Part shown: positions 59,169 through 64,000 of the stretch, piece after piece
How positions within the stretch are numbered: position 1 is the stretch's first letter
Layout: each line of letters starts with the position of its first letter
NCBI GenBank assembly: GCA_045564655.1
Contig: JBJLGX010000020.1
Coordinates: 76,654-140,653, forward strand
Source: Dehalococcoidia bacterium
GTDB taxonomy: Bacteria > Chloroflexota > Dehalococcoidia > Lucifugimonadales > UBA826
Reading direction: 5' to 3'
DNA: 64,000 nucleotides
Position numbers and translations under genes: made by a program
Notes under the pieces: model-generated
Databases searched by the model: none
What the model saw: only the letters and a program-made list of their open reading frames with translations
Told to the model about the DNA's origin: nothing

Positions 59169-59468
59169 TTTTTGTACCTTCATTTTTAAAGATGAAAAAT
59201 TAAATATTAAGGTATGTTAAAGATTTGTAAATAAACGTGTGAAAAGGCTATTTTGCCTGATTAATGCCTTGACAATAGGCATGCACGTGGTGTACAAATC
59301 ATAGAGCCCAAAATATATTGGGACAGTATCGCTTGCTCTTTTGCTCGCGATTTAAAAATTAAATAGGAATTTAGATTAGCACCCAGGTTGAAAATACCGG
59401 GGCTTTTCGAATTTATAAATTTGGGAATTAAAAAATTTAGACCCGCACCATTTCAAGGGGGTAACGAA

Positions 59469-62400
59469 GTGAAGAATGCATTAAAATTCATGAGCATTGG
59501 CTTAGTGATGGTAGTTCTGCTTATGTCGCAGTGGACCGTTAACGAGTCAAGAGCCGAAGCAGCCACGATTGCTGAAGATAAAGTATCGTGGATGAATACT
59601 AGCGCGACAGTGCAAAAGCACTATTCGCCTGGTCCTACAGGCTCTGAAACAGGAGCAACCTCATCTGCCAGTTTCTGGTTGAGAGACTCTGCTCTAGACA
59701 CAACAAAGACTGCGTCTACAACGTGGTACTTTAATAACAACTCTGGAAGTGACATAGGGATAGACAGTGAGTTTACTCTATTCTCCGCTTCTACAACCCC
59801 TATCATTAATAGCAGTACTACATGTATTGCTTATAATGGTGCTACTTGTGGTGGTATTCAGGAAGGTGGTACTGTGGCTAGTTCTACAAGCACCTTTAGT
59901 ACTACTAACACAGCTAGTACATCGTTATCAGCTATAACTGTTACATCTTCTGCAACAGGTACAACAAACACTTTCTCAGAGCTTGTTGGCTGGAACAAAG
60001 ATAACGCGGTTTTTAAGAACAAATCTACAATTAATGGTTCTTCAACCGTTGTAGCTGTTTATTCTTATAACATTGTTGATACTTATGCTGGCTCTGCTGC
60101 TGGTAATAAAGTTGCGAAAGTAACGAGTACTTCGGACGCTGAAGGTGAATGGGTAAGCATTACTCAGGTAACTGCTCCTGGTTCTCTTTCAACAGATGAC
60201 GAAGCTGATTATTACAACGGTAGTATTGTAATCAGTAAAGATGCTGGATCTACTACTTCCGGTGACGGTGCTGTTTGGGTTCAAGATGGTGATACCTTGA
60301 CAGTTTCTTACTACGGTTGTGGTACTAGTTGTACTGATGCAGTGACATCAACTGCGGTTACGTCTTCTGCAACAGCTACGATTGACTTTGCTGTACCAAC
60401 AATTTCTGTTGTTGGCCCAGTAGATGGAACAATAACTAACGATAAAACCCCTGAATTTACATATACAGTTGCTGATGCTGCATCTGGATTTACAGCTACA
60501 GCACCTTTAACTTATGTATCTTCATTTGTTAATAACTGTAAAGCTTTATCTACAGAATATTCATATGCAGACCTCGGTTCTAAGTCTATGACTATTACGG
60601 TAGCGTTGACTCCAGGTACTAACTGGACAACTGCAGCTACTGGAACTTGTGACGGAGCTGGATCCAGGACTGGTGGTGGATTTGGTGTTGACGGTTCTAC
60701 CGTAACAACAACTACTACAGGTACTTGGCACGGTTCTTCTACGAACTACAAGATTGTAGTTTCAGATATAGCTGGTAACCAGAAGACTATTACTGGTAGT
60801 TCAGCTAACTTCACTATAGACTCAACAGCACCTAATATGACTTCTGCTGTAACAGGTAAGAAATATAGTGCTGATAAAGACACAGTTGCTCCTTATACTT
60901 TGACAGGCAACGATGCTAACGATAACTTCACAGTTAAAGTTGTATTCGATGAGTCATTGGGTGCATCTTCTGTTGAAACCACAGACTTCACTGTTGATGG
61001 TGTTGTGCCAGCTACAGTAACTTTGGGTGGTAAGGATGAATTTACAGATCGACTTGTTTACTTAGGTATGGAGAATGAGATTGTTCATAACTCCAAGCCT
61101 GTTGTTAAGCTAGTTGGTGCGGTTACAGACAGAGTAGGAAACTCTCTGAATGACAAGCCATCTGGTGTTTCAACTGGAACAGACAATAGTGGATCTGCTA
61201 CTGACGGTATTGCTGACAAGGTTACAGCTACTGATGGAGTTAAACCTACTATTTCAGGTGCTGCTCTTGATGTAGACATAATTAAGAAAGCTGGATCTTC
61301 TGTTCTTACATTTAACTCTGATGAGAATATGAAAGATAATTCCAATACTATAGCTGGAGTCTGCACTTGTGGTGTAGTTCTAGGTGGTGGCTCGGCAGGA
61401 ACTGCTTCTTCAACTAAGTTAGCAGTATCCTTGACTAGCCCAACAGCTGGTAAAGCTACATTCAAGCAGGCTACATTCTCTGCTACTGGTATCTATGGAA
61501 TCGTCATCAATGGTAAAGACGTTAATAATAACGTTGGAAACAGTGGCGGAACCAAAGTAACTAGTGAAGATGTAAGTAGTCAGTGGAGTGCTTCCACAAC
61601 TGCTGGAACATCTAAAGCTGTTAAATTAAAGAAATGGCCATTAGCTGACCACGACGGTGACGGAACATTGCACGATGGTGTTAGTGTTACTGTTAACGGA
61701 GTTGCTTCTGCAGTAACAATGTCAGGAACTCCTATTGACTGGAGTGAAGCTGAGACGCTAACAATGACTTTCGTTGATGCCATATCTAATACAGATACAG
61801 TTAAAATTACTTATTACTATGTCGCAGCTGCACAGGTTGTAGAGGTTGACATTAGTAAGCCTACTGTAAGTTCCTTCAGCCCTGCTGATGGTTCAAGCAG
61901 TCAGAATAGAAGGCCTATGATCGGTGTAACATGGGATGAAGATGAGTATGCTGGTGACACTTATACAACAGTGACACTAACAAAAGCTGAACTTACTGAT
62001 CCTGCTGGTACAAAGACAGATGTTCTTGCAAATATGAATACTTCAGATAACAAGAACTTCTTCTACAGGCCTACTGCAGACCTTGCTTATGGAGACTTCG
62101 TATTAACAGTTAGTGCTAAAGACACAGCTGGTAATGAACAGGTTAACAAGACAGGTAGGTTTACAGTTAAAGCTAGAGCTTTGACAAAGGTTGCTTTGCT
62201 ACCAGGTTGGAACTTAATTTCCATGCCAGGTACTCCAACTAATACTGCTATTAACACAGTAATGGATAGCGCTCCTAAGGTTGAAACTGTTTTGACCTAC
62301 GATCCTACTGTTGCTGGTGGATGGTTGTCAGCTGTTAGAAATTCCTCTGGGGATCTAGCTGGTACGCTAGGAGCTGTTGATGCAGCTAGAGCATACTGGG

Positions 62401-62717
62401 TATACACAACTAACAACGACCCAATAAAGGTTGATATTCCGGGCTACGACGGTGGTGCTCAACAGCTACCTCCAGCAATAGCTTTGGTAAAAGGTTGGAA
62501 CATGGTTCCTGCTGTATCTATAACAGGTTCAGCAATAGGTGCTACATTAGACAGTGATACATACTTCACAGGTTTGTCATGGACAAGGGCTTATGGCTTT
62601 AATACCACGACAGATGCATATAGTAGCTTCATACCTACCACCGCAGCCGATACTAGTGTTGTAATTGGTAAAGGTTACTGGCTCTTCTTGAGCAAGGCTG
62701 GTACCTTAGTACCTTAG
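59469..62717 (+). CDS. Large (~1080 aa) secreted Thr/Ser/Gly/Ala-rich cell-surface protein with Ig-like (Big_5-type) repeats; S-layer/adhesin candidate
   Basis: GTG 59469 lies 6 nt after AAGGGGGT. The signal peptide is …LLMSQWTVNESRAEA. Recurring domain-start motifs are IDFAVPTISVVGPVDG, IDSTAPNMTSAV and VDISKPTVSSFSPADG. The C-terminal module is duplicated (GWNLISMPG…AYWVY and GWNMVPAV…GKGYWLF). Confidence 0.6.
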   Translation: MKNALKFMSIGLVMVVLLMSQWTVNESRAEAATIAEDKVSWMNTSATVQKHYSPGPTGSETGATSSASFWLRDSALDTTKTASTTWYFNNNSGSDIGIDSEFTLFSASTTPIINSSTTCIAYNGATCGGIQEGGTVASSTSTFSTTNTASTSLSAITVTSSATGTTNTFSELVGWNKDNAVFKNKSTINGSSTVVAVYSYNIVDTYAGSAAGNKVAKVTSTSDAEGEWVSITQVTAPGSLSTDDEADYYNGSIVISKDAGSTTSGDGAVWVQDGDTLTVSYYGCGTSCTDAVTSTAVTSSATATIDFAVPTISVVGPVDGTITNDKTPEFTYTVADAASGFTATAPLTYVSSFVNNCKALSTEYSYADLGSKSMTITVALTPGTNWTTAATGTCDGAGSRTGGGFGVDGSTVTTTTTGTWHGSSTNYKIVVSDIAGNQKTITGSSANFTIDSTAPNMTSAVTGKKYSADKDTVAPYTLTGNDANDNFTVKVVFDESLGASSVETTDFTVDGVVPATVTLGGKDEFTDRLVYLGMENEIVHNSKPVVKLVGAVTDRVGNSLNDKPSGVSTGTDNSGSATDGIADKVTATDGVKPTISGAALDVDIIKKAGSSVLTFNSDENMKDNSNTIAGVCTCGVVLGGGSAGTASSTKLAVSLTSPTAGKATFKQATFSATGIYGIVINGKDVNNNVGNSGGTKVTSEDVSSQWSASTTAGTSKAVKLKKWPLADHDGDGTLHDGVSVTVNGVASAVTMSGTPIDWSEAETLTMTFVDAISNTDTVKITYYYVAAAQVVEVDISKPTVSSFSPADGSSSQNRRPMIGVTWDEDEYAGDTYTTVTLTKAELTDPAGTKTDVLANMNTSDNKNFFYRPTADLAYGDFVLTVSAKDTAGNEQVNKTGRFTVKARALTKVALLPGWNLISMPGTPTNTAINTVMDSAPKVETVLTYDPTVAGGWLSAVRNSSGDLAGTLGAVDAARAYWVYTTNNDPIKVDIPGYDGGAQQLPPAIALVKGWNMVPAVSITGSAIGATLDSDTYFTGLSWTRAYGFNTTTDAYSSFIPTTAADTSVVIGKGYWLFLSKAGTLVP

Positions 62718-62744
62718 AGGATATTCCTCTATAGGTTTTTAGAT

Positions 62745-62778
62745 GGCCTCTTCTCGCTCTTTGGAGTGGGGAGAGGCC
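62745..62778 (+). terminator. Hairpin after the large surface-protein gene (partial terminator candidate)
   Basis: GGCCTCT…AGAGGCC stem followed by TAATCTTTT. The next gene starts 28 nt later with its own AGGGAG RBS. Confidence 0.45.
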
Positions 62779-62805
62779 TAATCTTTTATTAGGGAGTATT
62801 ATTTT

Positions 62806-63900
62806 ATGATTGGATTTAAAAGAATTGCTTTTTTGATAACTTTGGGCATTATTGCTTACTCCTTGAATTCCATTGGCGTTGAAGCAGCTGGTGGAGCTCC
62901 CCCTCCAAACCCAACCATTTATACGGGAACAATTACTGTTGGCGGGCAAACTCCAGCAGACAGTGAATTTGTTTTAGAGGGAGTTAGAAAAAGGTGCTTA
63001 GAAGGCTGTATTACTGCAAAAGTAGGATCTTTTGTTAGTGATGGTGGAATAATTGAAAATGGTTCATATGTTCTTACATTTGGTCCACCAGATGCATCTT
63101 TTGTTAATTCTGTTATTACATTTCATTATGAAGGTGTAGTGAAAGCAGACCAGGAAGATTTATTTCTTATTTCTCCCTCTATTAGGACTGTACCAAGCTA
63201 TAATCTCACATTTCCAGCATTGCCTGCCCCTACTCCTACAGCAGTTCCTGTAATAACACCTTCTGAAACAGCTCCTCAAGAAGATATTGTTGAGGTTCAA
63301 AATCCTGTTGTGATACTTCCTACAAATCCTGTTGTTGCTACTGATTCTTCGATACCGGTAGTTTCGGCAAATAATCTGTATTTATCGATTAGCGGTGAAA
63401 TAGCCTATACATCTTCAGATTATGAAAATGTATCTCTTGAGTTACTTGCAAAAGTTGGTTCACATTTTAGCGACCCTGTTCCTATTATGGAATATGCAAA
63501 AGAAAAAGGAACAACCTTTGCTGTATTTGACTCGTTAATTCTTGAACCAAGTAGCTCTAAATTTATAGGCAAATCAATTGATTTTTATATTAGAGTTTCT
63601 GATGGGTCATCAGAAGAAGTAAAAATTGTAGGGAACCCTTTAGTTTTTGGTGAAACACTGTCGGATATTGATATTGAATTGGAGGCAGAAGGTTCTAATA
63701 ACCCTCCTTCGACATCTCTTCTTCCTGAAGATAAGCAAGATTCATCTGACTCAGATAACGCTCTAGTAGGTGAAGACTCATCCGGTACTTGTGGCCGAGT
63801 AGAGTCCGTTTCTTTACTGCAAGGTTCAGGAGACATGGCTATGATGTTGGCTCCGATCCTGTTCTTAGTGGGATATACTGGCTGGAGAAAGCGTAAGTAG
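62806..63900 (+). CDS. Secreted protein with Pro/Thr-rich linker and C-terminal Cys-containing TM + RKRK tail (sorting/anchor signal candidate)
   Basis: N-terminal signal (…LNSIGVEAAG), linker PALPAPTPTAVPVITPSETAPQ, and C-terminus SSGTCGRVESVSLLQGSGDMAMMLAPILFLVGYTGWRKRK. Confidence 0.55.
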   Translation: MIGFKRIAFLITLGIIAYSLNSIGVEAAGGAPPPNPTIYTGTITVGGQTPADSEFVLEGVRKRCLEGCITAKVGSFVSDGGIIENGSYVLTFGPPDASFVNSVITFHYEGVVKADQEDLFLISPSIRTVPSYNLTFPALPAPTPTAVPVITPSETAPQEDIVEVQNPVVILPTNPVVATDSSIPVVSANNLYLSISGEIAYTSSDYENVSLELLAKVGSHFSDPVPIMEYAKEKGTTFAVFDSLILEPSSSKFIGKSIDFYIRVSDGSSEEVKIVGNPLVFGETLSDIDIELEAEGSNNPPSTSLLPEDKQDSSDSDNALVGEDSSGTCGRVESVSLLQGSGDMAMMLAPILFLVGYTGWRKRK

Positions 63901-64000
63901 GGCAAAGTCTATACCTAAAATCCCCTGTGAGCTCCATATAGAAATTTATGCGAGTTTATAGGGGATTTGTATGACTAGACTAGGTAATGTTGATTTTTTA

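Noticed and set aside
1-64000. CRISPR arrays, IS elements, rRNA genes, retron or DGR-type reverse transcriptases, toxin-antitoxin pairs
   Set aside because: Scanning the intergenic regions and the ORF track revealed none of the following:
- regularly spaced direct repeats
- transposase or RT motifs
- rRNA-like sequence
- small overlapping two-gene cassettes with toxin-antitoxin hallmarks

Overview
AT-rich, densely coding bacterial chromosomal segment of about 65 genes with no rRNA, CRISPR array, transposase or prophage. All calls come from reading the sequence and ORF track and from remembered family motifs; no searches were run. The gene set (HspR-GrpE-DnaK, LprG-like lipoprotein + MFS pump, DnaD + DnaC-like loaders, DUF3500, FGE, large non-SLH surface proteins) suggests a monoderm Terrabacteria lineage, possibly marine Chloroflexota, at low confidence.

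Most of the window is housekeeping:
- rsmG, ilvD, ccmCDE
- hspR-grpE-dnaK
- manC, folC-fabF
- rpmF-fabD-nusB-acpP
- ruvX-alaS
- a DAHP synthase
- rplI-dnaB-dnaD-dnaC
- holA, clpC, two tRNA-Ser, topA, xerC
- aroQ-pepP-efp-xseAB
- pyrG, rho

Points worth a second look:
1. A 25-codon Phe/Tyr-rich leader ORF plus an intrinsic terminator sits in front of the DAHP synthase gene. This is a candidate ribosome-mediated attenuator.
2. A stand-alone ABC-ATPase + Toprim (OLD / fused-PARIS-like) defence-type gene lies 13 nt upstream of folC.
3. A helicase-loader protein is made of two tandem DnaC/IstB AAA+ modules behind a Cys4 N-terminus.
4. rplI (L9) is interrupted by two +1 homopolymer shifts about 50 nt apart.
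5. CcmE carries CxxxY instead of HxxxY, the variant System I form.
6. An overlapping four-gene cluster couples a BpsA/DUF43-like aminopropyltransferase to a DUF2156 (MprF C-domain-like) protein.
7. A surface-protein locus has a roughly 450-nt leader, a roughly 1080-aa Ig-repeat protein and proteins with C-terminal sorting-like tails.
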